Both the position numbers and the translations under genes were made by a program. The notes below the pieces were generated by a model, which saw nothing but the letters and a program-made list of their open reading frames with translations, was not told where the DNA came from and searched no databases. Of a stretch of 64,000 bases of DNA, positions 38,448 to 47,324 are shown piece after piece. The DNA is taken from positions 26,168 to 90,167 of the forward strand of contig MGJB01000006.1 of the NCBI GenBank assembly GCA_001794055.1. The letters are read 5' to 3'. Each line of letters begins with the position of its first letter. Position 1 is the first letter of the stretch. Source of the DNA: Candidatus Yanofskybacteria bacterium RIFCSPHIGHO2_01_FULL_41_26 (lineage in GTDB: Bacteria; Patescibacteriota; Minisyncoccia; 2-02-FULL-40-12; GWA2-44-9).

Positions 38448-38513
38448 TTGACAAACTAGTATTTTTACGATATAAATCCCTCAAAGTACATTGATAATTT
38501 GAGGGGAAAATAA
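38448..38513 (+). promoter_or_regulatory. sigma70 promoter + boxA-like motif + SD (unit 9)
   Basis: TTGACA-17-TATAAA; GTACATTGATAATT (38486); GAGGGG. Confidence 0.7.
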
Positions 38514-40658
38514 ATGTCGCCAAAAATAATACCCCTTTCAGTTGTGGCTGAGAGTCCCCCACCAATGACCGTTACCCGCCCCAATAGAAAAATAAAAATA
38601 GGCCCCGTCCAGCTTAACAACAGTTTTTCAGAACAATCATATTTCCCAACTTCTGTTGGTATGCTTCAAGCATATGGACAGAAGCATTTAACCCATGCTG
38701 ATTTTTTTGAATTTCTACTTATTATAAAAGATTTCATGCCTATATCAGAAGCCGTGGATAGACTACGCGATGCCCATATTTTAGCCCTCAGTTTGTATGT
38801 TTGGAATTTTGAAAACTCTATAGCCATTGCCAAAGAGTTTAAGAAACGTTATCCGAAAAGATTAGTAGTTGTCGGTGGACCCCACGTCCCTGACAGCAAG
38901 AAACAATTTGTCAGAATAAAGAAAACTGACCCGCAATCCGATGAGCTAAAAAGAAAAAGGATGGGAATGACTGAAAAATTCCACAGAGATCATCCAGAGA
39001 TTGACATAGCTGTTCATGGTGAAGGCGAAAGAATTTTTAAAATGATATTGGAGCAGTTCCCCAACAATCTCGCCGATAAAAGCCAAATCCAGTCGATTAG
39101 CTACATAGATACTGAGGGCAACTTCCACCATAATCCAAAGCTTGAGAGGATGCATGATCTGTCCGAAGTTCCATCACCATACCTTACCGGCGTGTTTGAT
39201 CCGCTTATGGCCGCATACCCCGATCAGAAATGGATTGCCATGTGGGAAACTGACCGCGGCTGTCCTTATCAATGCACCTACTGCGATTGGGGTGGTGCTA
39301 TTGAGGATAAAATTAGCCTCTTCGCCATGGATCGTATTATTAAAGAAGCCTGGTGGTTTGCGAATAATAGGGTGCCGTATGTCTTTATTGCTAACGCCAA
39401 CTTTGGTCTTCCAAAACAGGATGTACAAATTGCAAAAATCTTGGCCGAAGTCAAAAAAGCCACTGGATACCCCGAAGGCGTATCCGTTCAGAATGCAAAA
39501 AATCCTAAGCCACACACATTAGAAGCCCTGGAAATTCTCCAAGAAGCTGGACTGAACAAAGCAACCGTAATGTCAATTCAGTCAAAAAACAAAGATACCC
39601 TCGGAGCAGTTCGCCGACAAAATATGAAGCCTGAAGAATATCAGTCAATTCAAAAAAGGTTAAGAGCTCAAGGTGTAAATACAATGACTGATTATATTCT
39701 TGGCATGCCCATGGAAACGTACGAAAGCGTATTACAAGGTGTTTCTAATATCATTGATGACGGACAACATGATAGAATTCAGTTTAACAATCTTTCCATA
39801 CTACCCAATGCAGAAATGGGCGATCCGGAATACCAAGAAGAGTACGGGATGGAAATGATTAGGACACCAATTACGAACATCCACGGCAAGAAAAATGCAT
39901 CCATCAGCGGTATTGAAGAATATCAAGAATTGGTTATTGCAACTAATACCATGCCCCGAGAGGCATGGGTCAAGACTCGTTCATTTTGCTATTTGGTGGG
40001 ATTGATCTACTTTAATAAGCTTCTTCAGATACCCATTATGATCTTACATGAAATTTATGAGATCCCTTACCGCATAATATTTGAGGCTTTTATGGAAAGT
40101 CCGGGACAGTCAGATAAATTCCCAGTTTTTAAAGAAATTCTAGACTTCTTTCAGGAATTTTCTCGGGGCATTCAAAATGGCACAAACGAGGAGTTCTTCC
40201 ACTCAAAGGAGTGTCTGGACATTCTGTGGCCGCCAGACGAATATGCATTTATAAAAGTATGCAAAGATGGCAAGATCAGACAATTTTACGAAGAAGCTGA
40301 GAAAATGATGTTGGATCTTCTCAAGCCTGACCAAACCCCTGAACCCCTTCTTGATGCCGTAAAACTTAACAGCTTACTAATTAAGTTGCCTTTTCAAACC
40401 ACCGATTTGGAAATAAATTTATCTTACAACGTTTGGGAAGTTTACAAGGCCGCCCGCATAGAGCAAAAATTAGAACTTCAACGAGGAATCTACAACTATC
40501 ACGTTGACAGGACAACTAAGTCAATGTCCTCACACATAAATGCAAGGTGGGATTCGTGGGAAGAGTGGTATGAAAAGATGGTCTGGTGGTGCAATCGAGG
40601 GGGTGCTTATCTTTACGGAAACATCAATCCGCATCAAGAAATAGTCGGACATCATTAA
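38514..40658 (+). CDS. Cobalamin-binding radical SAM protein 4 (714 aa)
   Basis: SLYVWN, VGGPH, GEGE, SPYL.G, ETDRGCPYQCTYCDWG, NANFG, LGMPMET. Confidence 0.88.
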   Translation: MSPKIIPLSVVAESPPPMTVTRPNRKIKIGPVQLNNSFSEQSYFPTSVGMLQAYGQKHLTHADFFEFLLIIKDFMPISEAVDRLRDAHILALSLYVWNFENSIAIAKEFKKRYPKRLVVVGGPHVPDSKKQFVRIKKTDPQSDELKRKRMGMTEKFHRDHPEIDIAVHGEGERIFKMILEQFPNNLADKSQIQSISYIDTEGNFHHNPKLERMHDLSEVPSPYLTGVFDPLMAAYPDQKWIAMWETDRGCPYQCTYCDWGGAIEDKISLFAMDRIIKEAWWFANNRVPYVFIANANFGLPKQDVQIAKILAEVKKATGYPEGVSVQNAKNPKPHTLEALEILQEAGLNKATVMSIQSKNKDTLGAVRRQNMKPEEYQSIQKRLRAQGVNTMTDYILGMPMETYESVLQGVSNIIDDGQHDRIQFNNLSILPNAEMGDPEYQEEYGMEMIRTPITNIHGKKNASISGIEEYQELVIATNTMPREAWVKTRSFCYLVGLIYFNKLLQIPIMILHEIYEIPYRIIFEAFMESPGQSDKFPVFKEILDFFQEFSRGIQNGTNEEFFHSKECLDILWPPDEYAFIKVCKDGKIRQFYEEAEKMMLDLLKPDQTPEPLLDAVKLNSLLIKLPFQTTDLEINLSYNVWEVYKAARIEQKLELQRGIYNYHVDRTTKSMSSHINARWDSWEEWYEKMVWWCNRGGAYLYGNINPHQEIVGHH

Positions 40659-40663
40659 TGTTT

Positions 40664-40689
40664 AACGGACTTGTAAAAGTCCGTTTTTT
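40664..40689 (+). terminator. Intrinsic terminator after radical SAM 4
   Basis: AACGGACTT-GTAA-AAGTCCGTT followed by TTTT. Confidence 0.85.
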
Positions 40690-40728
40690 GTTATTTAATA
40701 AACCCAGTTATTTAACATCGGGGTGTGC
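40671..40728 (+). promoter_or_regulatory. Promoter overlapping terminator + boxA-like motif + weak SD (unit 10)
   Basis: TTGTAA-17-TTTAAT; GTTATTTAACAT (40707); GGGGTG. Confidence 0.5.
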
Positions 40729-41721
40729 ATGCCTGAAAACAGTAATTTTTTTAGAGGAAAGAGTGTTCTTGTCGCCGGTGGTACTGGTCTTATAGGAATA
40801 CCTTTGGTAAAAATTCTTCTCGAGCAAGGAGCGAGCGTTAGGATTGTCTCTTTGGATAGTCCTTCTCGAGCACATCCTCAAGCAGAATTCATGCCTCTTG
40901 ACCTTACCATACTAGATAACTGCTCAAGAGCCTGTCTGGGAATGGATTACGTTTTTAATTTGCTATGCATTAAGGGCTCACCTAAGACAATGGTCACCAA
41001 GCCTGCCAGTGTGTTTTATCCGATGCTGACATTTAATACTCAACTAATGGAAGCGGCTTGGCGGTGCAAGGTTAACGGGTTTTTGTTTACCAGCTCAATT
41101 GGAGTTTACGAGCCAGCAGAAGTACTCCGCGAGAATGATGTTTGGCAAACATTCCCTTCTCCCAATGATCGTTTTGCTGGTTGGGTGAAAAGAATGGGAG
41201 AACTGCAAGCAGAGGCTTACAGAATAGAGCACGGCTGGAATAATATAAACATTGTCAGACCATCCAATGTTTATGGACCCTATGACAATTTTGATTCAAA
41301 TAGCGCCATGGTCGTCCCATCATTAATCAAAAGAATGACAAGAGGAGAAAATCCTTTTGTGGTTTGGGGAAACGGAACTGCAAAGAGAGATTTTATCCAC
41401 GCAGAAGATGTGGCCAGAGGGATGATTTTGGTGACAGAAAAAAATCCAGGTGTTCCGGTAAATCTAGGCTCCGGAATCGGCACTTCAATAAAAAAATTAG
41501 TCGAAATAATCAGATCAAATTCACCGATCAAGCCAAACATCGTCTGGGACGATTCTATGCCCAGTGGAGATAAAAAGAGAATCTTAGACATATCTCGGGC
41601 AACAAATCTTGGTTTTAGACCGCAAATCAATCTTGAAGATGGAATACGAGATACATATAAATGGTATTCAGTAAATAGGGATAGGGTCGGAAATCGTTAT
41701 GACGTTTTTAATAAGAGTTAA
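40729..41721 (+). CDS. GDP-L-fucose synthase-like extended SDR (atypical active site)
   Basis: GGTGLIG, SSIGVY, RPSNVYGPYDNF, VWGNG..RDF; AGWVK in place of YxxxK. Confidence 0.8.
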   Translation: MPENSNFFRGKSVLVAGGTGLIGIPLVKILLEQGASVRIVSLDSPSRAHPQAEFMPLDLTILDNCSRACLGMDYVFNLLCIKGSPKTMVTKPASVFYPMLTFNTQLMEAAWRCKVNGFLFTSSIGVYEPAEVLRENDVWQTFPSPNDRFAGWVKRMGELQAEAYRIEHGWNNINIVRPSNVYGPYDNFDSNSAMVVPSLIKRMTRGENPFVVWGNGTAKRDFIHAEDVARGMILVTEKNPGVPVNLGSGIGTSIKKLVEIIRSNSPIKPNIVWDDSMPSGDKKRILDISRATNLGFRPQINLEDGIRDTYKWYSVNRDRVGNRYDVFNKS

Positions 41722-41740
41722 ACCGCTTAAAGCGGTTTTT
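41720..41740 (+). terminator. Intrinsic terminator
   Basis: AAACCGCT-TAA-AGCGGTTT followed by TTG/TTT. Confidence 0.75.
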
Positions 41741-41790
41741 GTTTGTTTTCTCCTTTAAATAAAAAAGGGGATGTGCTATGGTATTGAAAC

Positions 41791-42678
41791 ATGAATAATC
41801 CCAAAGTAAGTATCGTCATTCCAACATATGGACGAGCGGAATATATCAAGAACTTGATAAAATCCGTGAGGATGTCGACACCAGAAGAGTCCTACGAATT
41901 TGTAGTGGTTTCTTCAGATTTGCCAGAATCAGAAAAAGTAAAGTGGCTCTCACAGCAAAGCGATGTTAATTTAATCTTAGCCGACACCAGAAAAGAATGG
42001 CAGCTAAGGAAAAGAAGTCCGATCTACTACACAAACATCGGGATCAAAAGGGCTAAATACGAATGGATATTCCTGGTAAACGATGACATACGCTTTGATG
42101 AAAACTGGTACAAAGAACTTCAAAGCTTGCTTGCTGATCCCAAAAATTCAAATGTCGGAATGATAATAGTATTGACACACTTGGGCAAGGTTAAATATGG
42201 TCCCCGGCTCATAAAAATAGGAAAAACAAGGAAAAATGGCAAAGACTGGAAAGATCTGTATTTGTCGGACTTTAGTATTATATCAAAAAGCGTTATGGAA
42301 CAGATTGGCTATTTTGATGAAAAATTGAAATGGCACGGTTGCGGTGCTGACAATTCGCTTGCGGTTGAGTTTTTAACGGACAAAGATACGGTCATATCGG
42401 AAAAGATAAAAATAGACCACCTTATCGCCAATGAAGGCAGGGATACGAATGTTACGGACGAATTTACAGACTTTAATTACCTGCTCAATAAATGGAATAA
42501 TTGGTGCAAAATGAATGGTTGCGAATATGTATGGAATGTAAAAATTAAACCTTACACTTTATACAACAGAATTATTAATTGGACCGAGGGCTCTATCAGA
42601 AAACAATTAAAGACGATAAGATTTTATAAAAAATATATCTTGAAAAACAGAACATCAAAAAACAAAACCCAAGTTTAG
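41791..42678 (+). CDS. Glycosyltransferase family 2
   Basis: VSIVIPTYGR, NIGIKRA, NDD, IGYFDE; extended -10 TGcTATGGT 8 nt before ATG. Confidence 0.8.
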   Translation: MNNPKVSIVIPTYGRAEYIKNLIKSVRMSTPEESYEFVVVSSDLPESEKVKWLSQQSDVNLILADTRKEWQLRKRSPIYYTNIGIKRAKYEWIFLVNDDIRFDENWYKELQSLLADPKNSNVGMIIVLTHLGKVKYGPRLIKIGKTRKNGKDWKDLYLSDFSIISKSVMEQIGYFDEKLKWHGCGADNSLAVEFLTDKDTVISEKIKIDHLIANEGRDTNVTDEFTDFNYLLNKWNNWCKMNGCEYVWNVKIKPYTLYNRIINWTEGSIRKQLKTIRFYKKYILKNRTSKNKTQV

Positions 42679-43403
42679 TTATTTTTAGGAATATATATGA
42701 ACAGTCCTTGTCCGAATAGGCCCGGCCAAAGACGATTAAGGAGATGAATCCCCTCATAGGTACATAGTTTGTAATTTTTTATTCCCATTTCATTTAGCCA
42801 CCATCTCATATCTTTAGCCGTCCAAAACCTCAAATGCTCTGATGGACGTAAGCGCCACTGTAAAGGAAATCTGCCGAACAATAAACGCAGGCGATGGAAC
42901 AAAAATCCGGTATTGGGTACGGAGAAAAACACTCCTTTTTTTGCCTTATCGAGAGCCCATTCAAGCATCTCTTCAGAATTAGGAATGTGCTCTAAAATTT
43001 CAAACATAAAAATATAATCAACAGACGGAATGTCTTTTAGCGTCTCCTGCTTGGAAATATCCACCCGCATCGCCTGAATTCCGTTTTCTTCGGCCATCTT
43101 CAATGCTTCTTCTGATATATCGGCTACTGTCATTTTGGCCAGAGATTTGGTGTTGTTAATATAAAGCAAAACTCTCCCATTTCCGCCTCCGAGATCAAGG
43201 ACGGAAGTGTTTTTTTCTAAATATCGTATGGCAAGATCGGCTCTCTTTTTCTGAAAACTGTTAAGAGGAGTTTGTGCAGTTAATTTACGATGTCGCCAAT
43301 AATCATCATAATCCGTCCCTCGCCATTGAAGTTTTGGATAATGAAAAAGCGAAACAATAAACTGCTTATAAGGATATAATTTTTCTTTTAGATTTTTAAT
43401 CAT
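42675..43403 (-). CDS. Class I SAM-dependent methyltransferase (MetW-like)
   Basis: VLDLGGGNG, ADIS, EILEHI, SVPN. Confidence 0.85.
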   Translation of the reverse strand: MIKNLKEKLYPYKQFIVSLFHYPKLQWRGTDYDDYWRHRKLTAQTPLNSFQKKRADLAIRYLEKNTSVLDLGGGNGRVLLYINNTKSLAKMTVADISEEALKMAEENGIQAMRVDISKQETLKDIPSVDYIFMFEILEHIPNSEEMLEWALDKAKKGVFFSVPNTGFLFHRLRLLFGRFPLQWRLRPSEHLRFWTAKDMRWWLNEMGIKNYKLCTYEGIHLLNRLWPGLFGQGLFIYIPKNN

Positions 43404-44350
43404 TTATATGCGATAACAAGAGATATTTCTTTTCTGAATGGATTTAAAAATTTTGTATAGATCCTGTTTTTTACTTCAAGGCCGAATTTGTGATCATATC
43501 GCTTTTCCGGCAAGTATTCATCAACAAATAGTTGAACACGAATAGACAATAAAGATATTATTTTTTTTATTAAAACCGCTAAAAATCCTCCTCCATTTGT
43601 TTTGTTAAGATAAAAATAGTCCATTCTAGAGAATCCCGCTCCTTTTAAGAATTCCTGCCAATCCTTCAGCCGGTATTCCCTTTCGCCATTCATTCTTCTA
43701 GTCAATTTTTGACCCAACGGTAACCCAAATCGCTTTTTATAATCCTCTCCATACTCGGTATCCAGCAATTCATCCAAGTCCTGTTTTTCATAATGATCAG
43801 GTCTGGCTTTATCAAAACAAAAAACAAAACCGTCCTTTTTTAAAATTCTCCGACATTCTTTTAGGGTAATCGCGAGATCATTAGAGTGGTGCAAAGAGAA
43901 AAAATCAAAAATAAAATCAACTGATTCATCAGGCAATTCTATCTCGTCAAAACTTCCCACAACCCCGATGACTTTGTCGGTCTGGCCATTAAAAATATAT
44001 CCTGATATTTTGGGCATCAAAGTTTCCACTATCGGACGGCAGACCTCAACCCCATAGACTTTTTCAACGTTTTTTCTTCCCGCCAGGATCGAACTAAAGG
44101 TTCCGGGCCCAGAACCAACCTCAAGCCCAACTCCAGAAATCTTTCTTTTCAAAAACTTACTCTCAACAAAATCAAACATATTTTCTATATCTTTTACCGT
44201 AACATCCGGAACCACCCCGTCAAACGTAAGCTCTCTGATAATCTGCAGGGGCTCCTTGTCTTTAAGTTTTAGGGCATAGTTGGTCCTATAATTATCATCG
44301 GCCTCTTTTTGTAGCTCCGATTTTATGCGCCAATATAATTTTTCCATCAC
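43400..44350 (-). CDS. Class I SAM-dependent methyltransferase
   Basis: LEVGSGPG, LPDESVD, SLHH, ECRRILKKDG. Confidence 0.82.
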   Translation of the reverse strand: MMEKLYWRIKSELQKEADDNYRTNYALKLKDKEPLQIIRELTFDGVVPDVTVKDIENMFDFVESKFLKRKISGVGLEVGSGPGTFSSILAGRKNVEKVYGVEVCRPIVETLMPKISGYIFNGQTDKVIGVVGSFDEIELPDESVDFIFDFFSLHHSNDLAITLKECRRILKKDGFVFCFDKARPDHYEKQDLDELLDTEYGEDYKKRFGLPLGQKLTRRMNGEREYRLKDWQEFLKGAGFSRMDYFYLNKTNGGGFLAVLIKKIISLLSIRVQLFVDEYLPEKRYDHKFGLEVKNRIYTKFLNPFRKEISLVIAYK

Positions 44351-44375
44351 ATTATTCTACCTCTTTTTTGTCAAT

Positions 44376-44396
44376 AAAAAAAGGGCTTTTCGCCCC
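44376..44396 (-). terminator. Intrinsic terminator after GT-B gene
   Basis: GGGGC-GAAAA-GCCCT followed by T-tract (minus strand). Confidence 0.75.
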
Positions 44397-44408
44397 TGTA
44401 AAAAACTT

Positions 44409-45554
44409 CTACAGCCTGCCTTCAGCAATAGCAATGAGCTTATCGGCAACTACCTTAGTAGCTTTTTCAGTCGGTGCTTGCCAATTTACAAGTAATTGTT
44501 TTTGAATAGCCGGATCAAGCGCTTTTTCTATCTCCGGACCAACTTGGTCAGCCGACCAGGCGACTAGAGATTGTCCGGTTCGGATATCGGGCAAATATGG
44601 TCTTGTCTGGCCCAATTCTTTCTCGAACCATCTTTGTGCCAATGGCCCGCAAAGATGAACCACCGGCGGCCCGCCCATCATCACATTCTTGATATCTTCG
44701 GTGCAGGTAACGGACAAGATCACATCAGAGGCAAGGCACAAATCTTCAGCTCGCATATTTCTCATGTCGTCGTTATCTTGAACAATAATAGTATCGGGTA
44801 CGCATATTTCCAACATTTTCCTTAATTCCTCTACATAGCCGGCACTTACGGTTTGGTTGAGCTTGGGGTGAATTCTTGGAACAAGCCGAATATTACCCGC
44901 TTTTTCCAATGATTCTAACTCGGAAAGATAGCTTAAACCATGAAACAACATGCATACATCCTCCGAAATTACGTCGAGCATACCTTGCGACCACCAAAGG
45001 ATAACAATATCTTCTTCCGGAAGCCGGCATAATGTTTCACGAGCTTTTAGTCTAATTTCTTTTTTTTGGGGAATATAATCTAGGACACTGTCAAATGCGG
45101 GCTGGCCGACAATTACTATTCCTCGCGGATCAAGTTTAGGACGAAGCCTCCTTATCGCTTGAGCATGACCTTCGTTTATTGCAAACCAATAAAGGCGATT
45201 ATCATAAGGCACGACCCGCCATTTTGAAAAACCATGATTAAATAAGCCATCCGAACCCATCACGACCAAAGCATTGCCAACCGTATCCAAAAGAACCCGC
45301 TCTTCCAGTTTTGAGGCACTGGCGCATGTATTTATAAAAACCAAATCCGCAGAATCGAGAAGTTCTTTTGTTAATTCTGAATTTACATCTGTTCGAAAGA
45401 ATATTCCGGCCTTTTTAAGAACATCGGCTCCGTTTCCTTCGGGATCAGCCAGCATATCAACCGCATGACCCCGAGCGACAAGATCTTGTCTTACCGGCAA
45501 CTGATAGGTAGCCCCACCAATATCGCCACTGACAAAAACAAACTTTTTTGTCAA
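44409..45554 (-). CDS. Putative GT-B fold transferase (TagF/sialyltransferase-like)
   Basis: GDIGG, VGQPAFD, RIHPK (HP motif), ASDVI; TTG start after SD. Confidence 0.5.
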   Translation of the reverse strand: MTKKFVFVSGDIGGATYQLPVRQDLVARGHAVDMLADPEGNGADVLKKAGIFFRTDVNSELTKELLDSADLVFINTCASASKLEERVLLDTVGNALVVMGSDGLFNHGFSKWRVVPYDNRLYWFAINEGHAQAIRRLRPKLDPRGIVIVGQPAFDSVLDYIPQKKEIRLKARETLCRLPEEDIVILWWSQGMLDVISEDVCMLFHGLSYLSELESLEKAGNIRLVPRIHPKLNQTVSAGYVEELRKMLEICVPDTIIVQDNDDMRNMRAEDLCLASDVILSVTCTEDIKNVMMGGPPVVHLCGPLAQRWFEKELGQTRPYLPDIRTGQSLVAWSADQVGPEIEKALDPAIQKQLLVNWQAPTEKATKVVADKLIAIAEGRL

Positions 45555-45619
45555 TTCTCGTCCCCAGATAGATTGTTAAACAACCCTATGATTATAAATT
45601 AATTTAAACAATCGGTCAA
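45555..45619 (-). promoter_or_regulatory. sigma70 promoter + boxA-like motif + SD (unit 11)
   Basis: TTGACC-17-TATAAT; GTTGTTTAACAATC (45584-45571); GGGGA. Confidence 0.75.
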
Positions 45620-45625
45620 GAAAAC

Positions 45626-45647
45626 AAAAAGACCCTACGAGGGGTCT
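45626..45647 (-). terminator. Intrinsic terminator after gmhA
   Basis: AGACCC-CTCGTA-GGGTCT followed by TTTT. Confidence 0.8.
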
Positions 45648-45649
45648 GA

Positions 45650-46246
45650 TTATAAATCTCTTTCTATCTGATCGCACAATAAATGAATTATCGTCTGGTG
45701 GGCTTCTTGAATACGAGCAGTATCTGAATGAGGGACAATTACGGGTACATCGACAAGACGTAATAGATTTTTAGTTTTCTCGCTAAACAAACCGATGGTG
45801 ATAGCTCCTTGTTTACGAGCAAACAGAAAACCATTTTCTATGTTTTTAGAATGATCTTCGCTGACATCACTCGTAGTTAAACCAACAACCACATCTCCGG
45901 ACCGACATAATGCTTCAATTTGTCTTGAGAAAACAGAACTGAAACCGGAATCATTGCTTTGGGCAGTGATAATTGATGTATCTGTGGTCAATGCGATTGC
46001 GGCAATAGCTCGTCTTTTCTTCCTAAATTGACAAACTAATTCAGCTACGAAATGTTGGGCTTGAGCGGCAGAACCGCCATTGCCGAATATCAGTATTTTG
46101 CTCCCTTTTCTCGCTGTCAACGACAAAATTTCAGCCGCCTCCAAAATTGAAGAATGGAGTATCTGATCGGCCTGCAGGCTTTGAACTAGAAGAACTGACT
46201 CGTCGAACCACCTCACTATCTCCGATAGATTATCTTGTCGGGTCAT
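45650..46246 (-). CDS. gmhA: Phosphoheptose isomerase (SIS domain)
   Basis: GNGGSAAQAQH..AEL, ALTTDTS, ND, FSRQ, TARIQEAH. Confidence 0.85.
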   Translation of the reverse strand: MTRQDNLSEIVRWFDESVLLVQSLQADQILHSSILEAAEILSLTARKGSKILIFGNGGSAAQAQHFVAELVCQFRKKRRAIAAIALTTDTSIITAQSNDSGFSSVFSRQIEALCRSGDVVVGLTTSDVSEDHSKNIENGFLFARKQGAITIGLFSEKTKNLLRLVDVPVIVPHSDTARIQEAHQTIIHLLCDQIERDL

Positions 46247-47220
46247 TAGAAATCCTTTATTCTTCGCAATTTTTTCATCGTTTCTTCTTCTGACGGATGC
46301 ACTTTTTTCAGGCCATTGCCCTGCACCACTTCCAGGCGACGTATCTCATCAACTAAATGCTTGAACTCAGCCGGCTCTAGGCTTGCCTTATGATCACTGC
46401 CCGGCATATTCCGATCAAGAGTAATATGTCTTTCAACCATACACGCTCCCTTAGCCACAGCGCAAAGAGACGGCAAGGTGTTGTTCTCGTGTCCACTGTA
46501 ACCAATAGGCACCCCAGGGAACATAATCTTAAGAGTTTTTATCATATTCAGATTAATTTCATCATCCTTGCAGGGATAATTGGCTACACAATGAAGAATA
46601 ACAAGATCCTCGCGACCCAAAATATCAACGGCTTTGGCGATCTGTTCCATGCTACTTCCGCCAGTGGAAAGTATGACCAGCTTGCCATTATATCTCACCC
46701 GCTTAAGAAGGTCACTGTGTGTTAAACACGCCGAAGCAATCTTGTGGCATGGCACGTTAAAACCATTAATGAAGTGGGCGCTCAAGCCGTCCCAGCTTGA
46801 AGCAAACCACATAATGCCCTTTTCCTGGCAGTATTGGTCTATGATGTCGTATTCTTTCATATTAAATTCAAGAGCATACTTAAGATCGCCATTAGTGGTG
46901 TTGGTTATATCCTCACGCAACCTTTGAACCGCGGAATCATCGGGGAAAACTTCCCACTCAACGCCCTCAATATTCATTCTTGCAAAAGCTTTATGAATAA
47001 TACTAGGGTCAACTTTTCGGAACTTGTTCAGCTCTTCCTTGGAATACACAACATTTACGGTTCTTTTTTGAAATTTTACGGCGTCACAGCCGGCCGCAAT
47101 AGCCGCATCAATCAACTTTTTAGTAATCTCCAAACTGCCATTATGGTTAATTCCGATTTCAGCAACCATAAAACATGGATAACCAGGACCAATTAATTTA
47201 TTTCCTATCCTGACAACCAT
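46246..47220 (-). CDS. neuB: Short NeuB-family synthase without SAF domain (KDN-9-P synthase-like)
   Basis: AEIGINHNG, AVKFQKRT, WFASSWD, KIASA, GYSGHE, ERHITLDR.M.GSDH. Confidence 0.85.
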   Translation of the reverse strand: MVVRIGNKLIGPGYPCFMVAEIGINHNGSLEITKKLIDAAIAAGCDAVKFQKRTVNVVYSKEELNKFRKVDPSIIHKAFARMNIEGVEWEVFPDDSAVQRLREDITNTTNGDLKYALEFNMKEYDIIDQYCQEKGIMWFASSWDGLSAHFINGFNVPCHKIASACLTHSDLLKRVRYNGKLVILSTGGSSMEQIAKAVDILGREDLVILHCVANYPCKDDEINLNMIKTLKIMFPGVPIGYSGHENNTLPSLCAVAKGACMVERHITLDRNMPGSDHKASLEPAEFKHLVDEIRRLEVVQGNGLKKVHPSEEETMKKLRRIKDF

Positions 47221-47286
47221 TTAATCCTCGGATTTGATGTAAATGAACTTGACAAGAACAATAAGATAAAAAAGCCGGCCTATCAA
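47221..47286 (-). promoter_or_regulatory. sigma70 promoter + boxA-like motif + SD (unit 12)
   Basis: TTGATA-17-TATTGT; GTTCATTTACAT (47248-47237); GAGGA. Confidence 0.7.
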
Positions 47287-47324
47287 TATTGACTTAGTAA
47301 ATTAATATGGTATTAATTGAGACT

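Noticed and set aside
47289-47316. Plus-strand TTGACT-16-TATTAA pointing antisense into the SDR gene
   Set aside because: No downstream sense ORF; chance match or vestige in AT-rich DNA that cannot be supported.
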